Positions 1 through 10,217 of a stretch of DNA of 64,000 nt are shown here, in pieces. Origin of the DNA: Candidatus Babeliales bacterium. Its GTDB lineage: Bacteria > Babelota > Babeliae > Babelales > JANWKD01. The notes under the pieces are model-generated. The model saw only the letters and a list, made by a program, of their open reading frames with translations. It was not told the DNA's origin and ran no database searches. The position numbers and the translations under genes were made by a program. The stretch is taken from the NCBI GenBank assembly GCA_963722255.1, contig CAVRJO010000001.1, positions 512,001 to 576,000 of the forward strand, given 5' to 3'. How positions within the stretch are numbered: position 1 is the stretch's first letter; each line of letters begins with the position of its first letter.

Positions 1-212
1 TCAATAATCACAATCATGCTTATAATATTACGCCTGCACTTAGAAAACTGCATGAAAGCTTGGAGGCTGATTGCATTGTTTGGAAAAAATATCATGAAGA
101 AAACAACATTTCAGATACTCTTTATACTCGATTTACTGCGTCTATAAAAAAATTTGGTAATTATTGTAAGATTAAAACAAAAGTCTCTTAAAATTAATTG
201 TATACTGTATAT

Positions 213-674
213 TTACTCTATATATTGATCATACGCTGTTGAGTACATCTCATGAACAACGTTATATGACTTAACTGCTACATCCAATGTAAAACGTGAA
301 CCAAAGAGACATAACGCGACAACTCGTCCAATATAACTTCTTTCATTTTGATTATCTTTATTATAATTTTTAAGAGCATCATAACCCTCTTCATCATAAT
401 CTACCAATGAAGCTCCACAAAAACAGGTCTTACGCTTGCACTTATTAACCCATTGGACATAGCAAAGCGAATGTACTGAATGGCCACAATATAAAGTTGT
501 AATAGATCCTTTTCTAACTGACAATGAGTCTAAACAAAAAGAACATGCGGCATTCAAATCAACTTTTATTTCTTCCACATTACGATTGTGAATTTTTTCT
601 ATTTCAGTTTCCATTGCACAACCAAAAGAACAACTTATCAAACATATAAATAAAAAATTTTTAATTTGTATCAT
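213..674 (-). CDS. Signal-peptide protein with RING-H2-like zinc finger (putative E3 ligase effector)
   Basis: Likely start MIQIKNF (ORF track starts at 725). Hydrophobic leader ends FGCA|METE. Motif CSFC..CGHSVHSLC..WV..CFC. Confidence 0.7.
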   Translation of the reverse strand: MIQIKNFLFICLISCSFGCAMETEIEKIHNRNVEEIKVDLNAACSFCLDSLSVRKGSITTLYCGHSVHSLCYVQWVNKCKRKTCFCGASLVDYDEEGYDALKNYNKDNQNERSYIGRVVALCLFGSRFTLDVAVKSYNVVHEMYSTAYDQYIE

Positions 675-746
675 TATGACCATCGATGTTGAATAGATAT
701 TATTTTTAACAGTTATATGCTTCAAAACTACCTTGGATTGATCTCT

Positions 747-1895
747 TTAAAAATGTGGCGCACTTGCCTCACCATTAAAATTTCCACTTTTAATATCGCC
801 GACATCAGCAGAAACTACCGCTAATGAATCATCCATTCGATCAATTATTTTTGAAATTTTTTCTAACTCTTTTTTTTGCGCAAAATCGCTATTTTTCAAC
901 TGTGCCAACGCAGAACTTATTTGAACTAAGCATTCTCTACATTCTTTAGTAGCTTTGTTTGTCGCGCTAATATCATTTGATGCATTATTAAGTGTTTCAA
1001 TTGCTTTTGTCATTCTCTTATTTAAAGTATCTACTTGTTGTGATAAAGCATGATATCCATTCTCATCAAACTCAGTTTGTATCAACAATAATATTGATCT
1101 ATAGTGTGCAAGATAATTTGCGTACAAAGCACTCGTATTGTCATTAACGGTATTCAATGTTACTTTAGCATTCTGTTCCATCAATTTTATTGAGCTTTGT
1201 GCTTGATCTCTAAGCTCAATAATGGAATTTTTTGCCGCCTGCGCACGTTCCGTTTCAAGCCTTGCTGCTTGAAACTTTTCTTTTTTAATAGCAACATCGT
1301 AATCACGTTTTTGCTGTTCGGCCAATGCTATTTTTTCATTCTGCAGCTCTTTAGCAACTACATTTTTAAACAAAAGGCTATGAGAATCAAAAACCTTCTT
1401 TAAAGATTTTTCTAATTTATCAACAACCTCACGTTCCTCATCAGAAAACTCATTATAATGATCACTAAAGCCTGCAATATCTTTTTCTAATTGACGAGCA
1501 TACCAAACATGTATAAAGGGTGTTTGATGATTAAAGTGTACCGCTGCTCGAGTATCCAATCCTTCTTGCGTTAATGCAGCACCTTTACCTACAATTTCTA
1601 TTTCACAAGCATATTTTTTTTGAACATGTTGAACAAACTTTTCTGCTTCTTCACGCTTTTTCTCCTTTTCTTGCTTTGTTTTTTCTTGCAGATTAAGCCT
1701 TTTTTGTTCTAAACGTTTTGCTTCTGAGCTCCCACTACCAGCAATATAAGCTATTGGAGTAGTTACCAAAAATACTGCTGCCACAGCAATTCCAACAGCC
1801 GGCCTTACAAAATCATTTAGATCCAAAGCCTGTGCATCATTATGCCTTACAAGTATGCTTATACTCATCAAGCCACATAGTACTATTTTTTTCAT
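747..1895 (-). CDS. Exported/membrane-anchored coiled-coil protein
   Basis: Likely start MKKIVLCG, signal peptide to AQA, second hydrophobic segment, then long E/K/Q-rich helical region. Confidence 0.65.
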   Translation of the reverse strand: MKKIVLCGLMSISILVRHNDAQALDLNDFVRPAVGIAVAAVFLVTTPIAYIAGSGSSEAKRLEQKRLNLQEKTKQEKEKKREEAEKFVQHVQKKYACEIEIVGKGAALTQEGLDTRAAVHFNHQTPFIHVWYARQLEKDIAGFSDHYNEFSDEEREVVDKLEKSLKKVFDSHSLLFKNVVAKELQNEKIALAEQQKRDYDVAIKKEKFQAARLETERAQAAKNSIIELRDQAQSSIKLMEQNAKVTLNTVNDNTSALYANYLAHYRSILLLIQTEFDENGYHALSQQVDTLNKRMTKAIETLNNASNDISATNKATKECRECLVQISSALAQLKNSDFAQKKELEKISKIIDRMDDSLAVVSADVGDIKSGNFNGEASAPHF

Positions 1896-2056
1896 AAAAT
1901 CCTTTATAATATTCTCAATAAAATGCGCTACAAAAGCATTTTTTATAAGTGTAATCAAAATAAAATATTTTCATAGGAATCATTATAAGTATTTTTCTGC
2001 TATAAAATCCCTATAACCCTAATTCCTTTTAAGAAAATTTTAGAAATAAAGATATT

Positions 2057-2968
2057 AGACCTCTTCTGAAACTCATTTAACCAACTCAAAATTATAGATA
2101 CCCGCAATAAGATTGAAACGGAGCCCAAATCTTTTTCGTCGATTGCGATATTTGTCAGCAACTATTTTAAAACGTTTTATCATACCAATTACATGCTCAT
2201 TTAAAACACGCTGGCTTGATAATTCTCTATTTCGTTGTTTATCTGTTAATGTTAAAGGATTTTTTTTACTTTTTTTCTTTGGCATAGAAGTATTATTATG
2301 AATTTTTTTTAGACCTAAATAACCTGTATCTGTAAGAACTTCAGTAGATTTTGCGAAGTGAATTTTTGAAGTTTTGAAGAGTTTAAAATCATGTCGTTTA
2401 CCATCTGAAAAATTTGTACAAACAATTTCTTTTGTTTTTTTGTTTACAACTACCTGAGTTTTTATAGTATGACGTTTTTTCTTACCGGAATAAAATTTCC
2501 GCTGTTTTTTTTAGGACGTTCAATAGGACTTTCAGTTGCATCTATTAAAATAACTTCAAATTCATTATCGCTTTTCAGTAGCGCTTTTCTGCCAGGCAAT
2601 CTAAATTCTTTGCTTTGAATAAGAGTATTTTCAACCCATCGTATTGCTTCAAATGCATTGCTTTCAGCAATGCCATAACTTGTCGCAATATGAAGATACG
2701 TTCGATATTCCCGTATATATTCAAGAGTCATCAAAAGCATTTCTTCAATACTGAGCTTATTTGGACGTCCTCCCTTTGCCTTTTTTATTTTTTGCGCTTC
2801 TTTTAAAATAGAAACCAATACTTCAAATGTTTTTCGTTTTACTCCAGTTACTCTTCTAAAGTTTTTTTCTGATGAAATTTTTAATTTTTCATACTTCATA
2901 ATCGCTTACCCTTTTTTTATAAATCGATTATGATTATGCCATAAAATTTATAGTTTCAGAAGAGGTCT
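2057..2968 (-). mobile_element. IS5-family insertion sequence (ISL2-like, 912 bp)
   Basis: Perfect 17-bp terminal IRs AGACCTCTTCTGAAACT (2057-2073) / AGTTTCAGAAGAGGTCT (2952-2968). ATT direct repeat at 2054-2056 and 2969-2971 (TA with 16-bp IRs is an alternative reading). Transposase inside. Confidence 0.95.
2073..2899 (-). CDS. IS5-family transposase, two overlapping frames joined by a -1 frameshift
   Basis: ORF1 2462-2899 has HTH and IDATESPIERPKK. A8 run at 2505-2512. The -1 frame reads QRKFYSGKKKRHTIKTQ..HDF..DTGYLG..EHVIG..KRFKI and is open to 2073. Confidence 0.9.
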
Positions 2969-3030
2969 ATTGTGTGCCCAATACCTTTAATAAAAAAAAT
3001 TATGTGGGTTAACTGCATTGAATAATACAG

Positions 3031-5832
3031 TTATTTGGTCACATCTTGCCAACTATAGCCAAAACGTGTAGTAACTTGAAGGGGAATATTCCAAGAAACA
3101 ACATGCTCTAAAACATTTTTAACAATTTTTTCTGTTACATCGCGTTCATGCTCAGGAACAGAGATCAACAACTCATCATGAATTTGTAAAATCATTTTTG
3201 CATTGAGTTTATGTTCTTCGAAAGCACGATTTAACTGTATCATACCCTGTTTCATTATTTCAGCAGCCGTGCCTTGCGCTTTTGTATTGATCGCAATACG
3301 TTTTGCAACATCATAAAGCATCCTATTTGACTCATAAATTCCAGGAACATAGCGACGCCTCCCCCAGTGAGTGGTAACATAACCATGCTCTTTTGTTTCC
3401 TCAATTACCAGTTCCATCCATTTTTGAATACCGGGATACTGGGCAAAATACTTATCTATATAGAGCTGTGCTTGTTTGAAAGGAATATCTAAATCTTTGG
3501 AAAGACCATAAGGCGTTAAGCCATACAATATACTAAAGTTAATGCGTTTACCCACTTGACGTTGCTCAGACGTCACCTGCGCTAAATCAACATCAAAGAG
3601 CTTGGCAGCAGTTTGCGCATGAATATCTTTATCGTGCAAAAAGGCATCAATAAGTGCAGGATCTTGTGAGAGATACGCAAGGACACGAAGCTCAATTTGG
3701 GAATAATCGGCTGATAAAAAAATATCACCCGGTTGCGGCTTAAAAGCAGAACGAATATGAATATGATAGCGCGTATCGGTAGGTATATTTTGTAGATTAG
3801 GATCAAAACTTGCTAATCTTCCTGTAGCTACAGAGGTTTGGCTAAACGTTGTATGAATTTTTCCCGTTTCTTTATTGACGTATGTAGGAAGCGCATCAAT
3901 ATAGGTGCTTTTAAGCTTAAAAAGTTCTCTATAATGTAATAAAAGTGCAGGAATAGGATGTGTTTTAGCAAGCTCTTGCAACACTTCAACATCGGTAGAA
4001 TAGCCAGTTTTTTTACTACTCTTTTTTTGTGGAACCAATTGCAAGTGAGTAAAAAGAAGCTGTTCAATCTGCTTAGGAGAATTAAGATTAATATCCGGTG
4101 CACAACCACTTACTTCGATTATTTCCTGTTTAATCCGCTCCAAATCTGCAATGACAAAACGATCAAGTTCACGCAATACCGTAAGATCTAAATTGATTCC
4201 TTCAACTTCCATTGCAGTGATAATGTCAACAAGAGGTAATTCTATTTCATAATAAAGCTTATCCATTCTCTGCTTTTTGAGTTCTTCATGCAAAATGGGA
4301 ACTAACTGCAGTGTCTGATGAGCATCCGATGCAGCATATTCAGTTGCCAAGTCAAAAGGGACCTGAGCAAAGTTTTTATAACCTTGATCAGTAACAACTT
4401 CAGCGAATGTTAGCATTTGCTCATTAAGATAAAATTCAGAAATAGCCTTAAGGCTTATTTTTTGCCAATCTTTGGTAACTAAATGCGCCGCAAGCAAGGT
4501 ATCAAAAGAAAGCGAATCCACTTTGAGTCCATAGTGTGAAAATACACGCTCATCAAAGTTGCCGCTATGCATAATTTTTTTTACCGAACTATCCTCAAAC
4601 AATGGTTTGAAGGCCTCTACAACATCTTCACGTTTTAACTGATTAGATTCATTAAGATGGCCAAAGGGAACATAATAGGCTTCACCTTTTTTAAAACAGA
4701 ATGAAATTCCTACCATCTCATTTTCCAAAGGATTTAAACCATCAAGCTCAGTATCCAGCGCGATAACTTTTGTGTCATGTGCTTGTTTAAGAATTGTATG
4801 CAATGTTTTAAGATCGATAATTGCTTTAAAACTATATCCTTTTGATTCAGAAAGTTTCTCTTTTTTTGTAACAACAACTCCCGTTTTTTCAATTTCTTGA
4901 ATTAATGATCGAAACCCAAGCTCTTGAAAGAGAGGCAGAGCATTGGTCCAATTTTTTTTATCAAAAATTAACTGTTCTTTGTTTATGCCTAAAGGCAGAT
5001 ACTGAAGCAAAAAAAGCTTCTGACTTAAAAATGCATTTTCTTTATTTGCCAATAATAGTTTTCGCGTACTCTCCTTAGCAACAGCATCAATATGCTCATA
5101 CATATCCTCAAGCGACGTAAACTGCTCTACTAATTGTGCTGCCGTTTTTGCTCCTATTCCCTTTACACCGGGAATATTATCGGAAGAATCACCCAATAAT
5201 GAAAAATAAAAAACCAATTTATTAACATCAAATCCTCGATACTGTACAAAGCTTGCCGGAGTAATAAAAATATCTTTAAAAGGATCATATATGGAAATAT
5301 GTTCAGTAAGAATCTGTTCCATATCTTTATCGGAAGTTAATAAAAGCAGATCATTACCCTGTTTTGCAAAATCCTGTGCTAATGAATTAAGAAGATCATC
5401 AGCTTCCACGCCCGATTGTTCAACCTGCTTCAGTCCAATAAGATCAGCAAACTTTTGAATATATTTTTTTTGTTCAAAAAGATCACTTGGTGGAGCTTGA
5501 CGAGTTGCTTTATAAGCAGGATAGAGCTCATGTCGCGCTGTAGTACCTTTGCTGTCCCACACTAAAGCCATATACGCGGGATTAAATGTCTCAGCAATTT
5601 TTTTAATCATTCTACAAAAACTATATACTGCTTGCACAGGAATGCCATGAATAGTATGCAAAGGACGCACACCATAATAGGCTCTATATAAAAACCCTGA
5701 ACCATCAATCAGCAGTACAGTCTTCTTTGGATCGGTTGCCACGTTATGACCTTTCTCTCTGTGGTATGCTCTACAAACTAATAGGGTTACTGTACCGCAA
5801 ATAACCAGTAATACAACTATTTTTTTTAACAA
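3031..5832 (-). CDS. polA: DNA polymerase I
   Basis: 5'-3' exonuclease (LIDGS..YRAYY, GDSSDNIPGV), 3'-5' exonuclease (ALDTE), polymerase motifs (ADYSQIELR, QIHDELL). Alternative GTG start at 5742. Confidence 0.97.
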   Translation of the reverse strand: MLKKIVVLLVICGTVTLLVCRAYHREKGHNVATDPKKTVLLIDGSGFLYRAYYGVRPLHTIHGIPVQAVYSFCRMIKKIAETFNPAYMALVWDSKGTTARHELYPAYKATRQAPPSDLFEQKKYIQKFADLIGLKQVEQSGVEADDLLNSLAQDFAKQGNDLLLLTSDKDMEQILTEHISIYDPFKDIFITPASFVQYRGFDVNKLVFYFSLLGDSSDNIPGVKGIGAKTAAQLVEQFTSLEDMYEHIDAVAKESTRKLLLANKENAFLSQKLFLLQYLPLGINKEQLIFDKKNWTNALPLFQELGFRSLIQEIEKTGVVVTKKEKLSESKGYSFKAIIDLKTLHTILKQAHDTKVIALDTELDGLNPLENEMVGISFCFKKGEAYYVPFGHLNESNQLKREDVVEAFKPLFEDSSVKKIMHSGNFDERVFSHYGLKVDSLSFDTLLAAHLVTKDWQKISLKAISEFYLNEQMLTFAEVVTDQGYKNFAQVPFDLATEYAASDAHQTLQLVPILHEELKKQRMDKLYYEIELPLVDIITAMEVEGINLDLTVLRELDRFVIADLERIKQEIIEVSGCAPDINLNSPKQIEQLLFTHLQLVPQKKSSKKTGYSTDVEVLQELAKTHPIPALLLHYRELFKLKSTYIDALPTYVNKETGKIHTTFSQTSVATGRLASFDPNLQNIPTDTRYHIHIRSAFKPQPGDIFLSADYSQIELRVLAYLSQDPALIDAFLHDKDIHAQTAAKLFDVDLAQVTSEQRQVGKRINFSILYGLTPYGLSKDLDIPFKQAQLYIDKYFAQYPGIQKWMELVIEETKEHGYVTTHWGRRRYVPGIYESNRMLYDVAKRIAINTKAQGTAAEIMKQGMIQLNRAFEEHKLNAKMILQIHDELLISVPEHERDVTEKIVKNVLEHVVSWNIPLQVTTRFGYSWQDVTK

Positions 5833-5853
5833 TGCTCAATAGGCCTTTACAAG

Positions 5854-7377
5854 CTAATTTTTTTTCATGTATTTTTCAAAAAGTGCTAGAATTTGAGAAT
5901 CATTTCCAGCATATTCTAAAGGCGTCATCCTGTTTTCATCATGATCAATATATTCCATACGAGGATCCGCATTTTTCTCTAACAAAAATTCAATGAGGTC
6001 TAATTTTTTGTCTGAAACATCAATTGCCCATACCAGAAGAGGTATCTTAAATTGCGCGCTCACTATAGTCGCGTTAGCATCCATACCCCTTTCAACCAAT
6101 TTTTTAATTAATTCTTTATAAAATTTATATTTCTTATCAAAATCTACCGCGCCAATTCTGTAACTGCCTTTTGTTACATCTAAATGAGAATTTTCAGCTA
6201 ATATTTTTAATGCTTCTTCCGGATGCTTAAATACTCCCTCACTGAATCCTTTAAATTTTTGACTTAACTTATTTGCTTCTTTCAATGGTTCTTTAAAAAC
6301 TGGCAATATCCTTAACCTAAATGAACTATCATAAGGATTTCTAAAAGTTCTTATTTCTTTATCAATTTCCCCGATCAACTCATAGCTAACTTTTTTATTC
6401 AATCTCTTTATAATCTCTGCAGCCAAAAAATCATCGCCTGAACATAGGCGATACATAAACTTATTTATTCGAGCAAGATGAGAGATATCGAGCAAAGTTT
6501 GTATGTAATATTTTTTTTCAGAAACACGCGTTGGTATTAAAAAACCCATGATTTCATAAAGTAGTTCATTAGGAAGATCAGAAATACCTAAAATTTTCTC
6601 TTCTTCCTGCTCAACTGAGGAACTATTATTGTCAACTAAAAAAGAGTTCGGTACAAAATAATGCTGCAATGCTTCAATTACTGAACCAAGAGGCTTAAAT
6701 CCTCGCGTTTCTTTTTTTTTAAGTCCACGTTTTTTAAGTTCACGACCTGCTGAAGCATGTTGTATGCATTTTTGAAAAGCAGGTAATATTCTAATTCGAA
6801 ACGATGGATCATAAAAATTTCTACAGGATTTTACAATGTTCTCCATACTGTTAAAAGACAGAATGCTACTCCCAGCCATTTTTTTAAAAAGATCCAATAG
6901 GAAATCTTCATTAGAAGAATAATTATCTTTCATCGTCTTACAAGATTGTGTAAAACTCGTAATATCCTGCAATACCTGTATAAATCGCTTTTCGCTTCCA
7001 ATAAATTCTGGTATCATCCTAAAGACTATTTTCATTACCATTTCATAAGGAAGCACTAAAAAATAGTTACTAATTTGGCTCGTATCTTGTTGGCACCGTT
7101 TATACAAAGAATTTCGAACTATAATCTGCTTATTTGATTCTTCGGGGACCAAGTTATCAAATTTTTTAGCAACGCTTTTTCCCAAAGCAGTTAAAATGGA
7201 GAGTGTGTTGTTATCTACAACAACCAACAATCTCTGATCATCCTTTTTTTCTGATTGTTTATCCACCCCAGGAAAGGTATTGCCTTCTTGCATTGCCCTT
7301 AAAGTCCCAGATACAAAAAGTAGAGAAATAAACAGGCTACAAACTTTTGCTAAAAAATGGCATTTTATGTAATTCAT
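5854..7377 (-). CDS. Signal-peptide protein with two F-box-like repeats and C-terminal ankyrin-like region
   Basis: LRA|MQEG. LVLPYEMVMKIV and SDLPNELLYEIMGFL. Internal duplication. C-terminal LVERGMDAN..PLLVWAI..FLLEKNADP..TPLEYA. Confidence 0.7.
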   Translation of the reverse strand: MNYIKCHFLAKVCSLFISLLFVSGTLRAMQEGNTFPGVDKQSEKKDDQRLLVVVDNNTLSILTALGKSVAKKFDNLVPEESNKQIIVRNSLYKRCQQDTSQISNYFLVLPYEMVMKIVFRMIPEFIGSEKRFIQVLQDITSFTQSCKTMKDNYSSNEDFLLDLFKKMAGSSILSFNSMENIVKSCRNFYDPSFRIRILPAFQKCIQHASAGRELKKRGLKKKETRGFKPLGSVIEALQHYFVPNSFLVDNNSSSVEQEEEKILGISDLPNELLYEIMGFLIPTRVSEKKYYIQTLLDISHLARINKFMYRLCSGDDFLAAEIIKRLNKKVSYELIGEIDKEIRTFRNPYDSSFRLRILPVFKEPLKEANKLSQKFKGFSEGVFKHPEEALKILAENSHLDVTKGSYRIGAVDFDKKYKFYKELIKKLVERGMDANATIVSAQFKIPLLVWAIDVSDKKLDLIEFLLEKNADPRMEYIDHDENRMTPLEYAGNDSQILALFEKYMKKN

Positions 7378-7567
7378 TAAAAGTATCCACATTGAAATAA
7401 TAGTAACTATTTTCTTTATATTAGTATATTTTTATATTTTTTAATAGAATACCACTAAAAAATATTATTCAAAATACTCCTCTGCTAAAGCCCCTTTTTT
7501 GAGGGGTTTTATCTTTTTCTCCTCATTGCCTTGTAGTAAAAAATATTAAAAGTTTTACACTTAGAAT

Positions 7568-9535
7568 ATGTATATACAAGTAAAACTTTTAAATGGCTTT
7601 AAAGAACCTCTCCTTTACCAAACATCGCCTGAAATTGATTCAGCAGTATGCATAGGATCATTTGTACGTGTTCCTTTACGGGCAAGAACGGTGCTAGGCT
7701 ACGTAGAAAAAATATTTACTGAGAAGCCTCAAACAGCATTTGCTATAAAACAAGCCCTTGGGATAGAAAAAATACCTCACGACCGGCACTATTTTACTTA
7801 TATTTCACAATTATCTCACTATTATCAAACTGAACCAAACCATTTTTTTAAGCGACTCCAGCAATTTTTACACCAAAAAAATCCCATAGAAGTGCCCTTT
7901 GGACTTGCTGCAACGCACCTCCATAACAATACGGTACTACTTACTCATGAACAACAGCAAGTCGTCTCTTTTATGAGCAAAGCTTTAGATACCCCAACGT
8001 ACACCCCAACTTTATTACATGGCGTTACGGGTTCAGGTAAAACAGAGGTTTATAAAAAATTAATTGAGCAAACAATTCAATCGGGTAAAACAGTACTACT
8101 TTTGTTACCAGAAGTTACTCTTGCGCTTCAATTTATGCATATCCTCAAGGCCCAGCTTGATAGATCAATCACTATTTCAAGCTTTCATTCAGCAGTGAGC
8201 GCTGCAGAAAAAAAGAAAATTTGGCGAGAACTTCTTGCAGAAAATCCGATGGTAATTATCGGCGTACATCTTCCCCTACTTTTACCGATTGCTAACTTAG
8301 GATTGATTATTGTTGATGAAGAGCATGATACGGGATACCAAGAAAAAAAACATCCAAAAATTAATAGTAAAGAGGCAGCACTTTTACGAGCACAAATAAG
8401 TTCGATTCCCATTCTGCTTGGTTCAGCAACACCATCAATAGCTTCTCTTTATAATGTTACCCATAAAAAATGGCACTTTTTCCAAATCAAACAACGATTT
8501 AGCGGTAGTTTTCCTGCTATCAAAATTGTCTCTATGATTGATAAAAAAGAAAGAAAAAATTTTTGGATCAGCACTGAACTTGCTCAAGCAATAACACAAC
8601 AACTGATTAAAAAAGAACAAACGCTCATTTTTTTAAATCGACGTGGTTTTAGCTTTTTTGTACAATGTAAAAGCTGTAGCTTTATCTTTTATTGCAATGC
8701 ATGCTCAGTAAGTCTAACCTTGCATGAAAACAATGAACTTGTATGCCATTATTGTGGTTATTTGCTGCAACAACCCCCAATCTGCATATCTTGCCAATCT
8801 TCAGAATTGATTAAAAAAGGCATCGGAACTCAACAAATAGTACATATTTTACAAAAAATGTTTCCTTCTGCTCGCATTGCTCGCGCAGATCATGATGCAA
8901 CGATTAATAAAAAAGCATGGCATGCAACAGTATCGGCATTTTATGAAGGAAATTTAGATATTTTGATTGGTACACAAACTATTACTAAGGGATACCATTT
9001 CCCTAAAGTAAGCTTAGTGGGAATAGTATGGGCAGATCTTAATTTGCATTTTCCCATATATAACGCAACAGAAACTACTCTGCAACAACTTATTCAAGTC
9101 GCCGGTAGAGCTGGAAGATCAGGCTTGCCAAGCACCGTTATTGTACAAACTATGTCAGATCATGAGATTTTTTCCTATCTTGATGAACTTTCATACCTAA
9201 ATTTTTACAAGAATGAGTTTGAAAACCGCAAAGTTGTTGGATACCCTCCTGCTCAACGGCTTGCAGAAATTGAACTTAAACATCATGATGAAGAACAGCT
9301 CATAAAAGAAGCCACCGCTATAACTCAACTGTGTCAACGACTTATTTTGCAGTATACCTTACCAGTTATAGTTCTTGGTCCTGCAAAACCTCCGGTTTCA
9401 AAGCTGAAAAATTCTTATATACGAAAGATATATCTAAAGGGCGAAGCATTTGCACCAATAATTAAAACATTCCAAGCAATAAACAAAAAAAACTATTCAT
9501 GCATGATCTCTTTTACTCCTAATCCATTAAATTAG
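7568..9535 (+). CDS. priA: Primosomal protein N'
   Basis: LLHGVTGSGKTEVY, DEEHD, Cys-rich region, QVAGRAGR. Confidence 0.96.
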   Translation: MYIQVKLLNGFKEPLLYQTSPEIDSAVCIGSFVRVPLRARTVLGYVEKIFTEKPQTAFAIKQALGIEKIPHDRHYFTYISQLSHYYQTEPNHFFKRLQQFLHQKNPIEVPFGLAATHLHNNTVLLTHEQQQVVSFMSKALDTPTYTPTLLHGVTGSGKTEVYKKLIEQTIQSGKTVLLLLPEVTLALQFMHILKAQLDRSITISSFHSAVSAAEKKKIWRELLAENPMVIIGVHLPLLLPIANLGLIIVDEEHDTGYQEKKHPKINSKEAALLRAQISSIPILLGSATPSIASLYNVTHKKWHFFQIKQRFSGSFPAIKIVSMIDKKERKNFWISTELAQAITQQLIKKEQTLIFLNRRGFSFFVQCKSCSFIFYCNACSVSLTLHENNELVCHYCGYLLQQPPICISCQSSELIKKGIGTQQIVHILQKMFPSARIARADHDATINKKAWHATVSAFYEGNLDILIGTQTITKGYHFPKVSLVGIVWADLNLHFPIYNATETTLQQLIQVAGRAGRSGLPSTVIVQTMSDHEIFSYLDELSYLNFYKNEFENRKVVGYPPAQRLAEIELKHHDEEQLIKEATAITQLCQRLILQYTLPVIVLGPAKPPVSKLKNSYIRKIYLKGEAFAPIIKTFQAINKKNYSCMISFTPNPLN

Positions 9536-9637
9536 ATTGGCTCTAAATTCAATCTGTTGTATTTCTGTTAACTAATTTTTTACAATAATATCATAATAGT
9601 ATTTTTATATTAATATACCATTCTAATGAGGTGCTCA

Positions 9638-10198
9638 ATGAAAATGTGGAACATATATCTAGGCTTATTGGTGCTTTCCTCTTGTCAACTTGAATGCACA
9701 GTAAGCAAAACTCCGGCTACGGCAAAACCGGTTAAGCTGCAATTACCCACAGCGTCTCCACAAGCAATCAGCAATGCTCAACAAGAGATTTTATCATTAA
9801 AACAACAATTAACGGCTTTAGAAAATAAAAATACAGATCTTAAAAATCTTAAAAAGGTAAAAAAAGAACTCAAAAATAGATTCCAAGTTATGCAAAGCGT
9901 ACTACAGCAACAACAACAAAAAAACAACCCATTTTTTCTTGAATTACAAGCTACCATGAAGAAAAAAACGTTAAATCCAGAACTGAAAAAGAAGGCTCTT
10001 GAAGTCAGACAAACGCTATCTATTGACCATAAAAAACTAGATGATTTACAGAAAAATATACACGGTATAAAAACAAAAATTCTACGAATTGCTCCAGAAC
10101 GAAAAGCTCTTTTAAAAAAACTACATGAAGCCCAAAAGTATTTAAAAGAGTTACAACTTTCCTCAGAGATGGCAAAAATAAAAGATAGACCTGCATAG
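9638..10198 (+). CDS. Exported coiled-coil protein, possible lipoprotein
   Basis: GAGGTG RBS before ATG 9638. Hydrophobic leader with LSSC. K/Q/L-rich heptads. Confidence 0.55.
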   Translation: MKMWNIYLGLLVLSSCQLECTVSKTPATAKPVKLQLPTASPQAISNAQQEILSLKQQLTALENKNTDLKNLKKVKKELKNRFQVMQSVLQQQQQKNNPFFLELQATMKKKTLNPELKKKALEVRQTLSIDHKKLDDLQKNIHGIKTKILRIAPERKALLKKLHEAQKYLKELQLSSEMAKIKDRPA

Positions 10199-10217
10199 GT
10201 TAATAAAAGGAGAAACT

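Noticed and set aside
2073..2285. Separate 70-aa protein or transposase pseudogene
   Set aside because: The frame is open up to the A8 site, so it is the C-terminal part of a frameshifted transposase.
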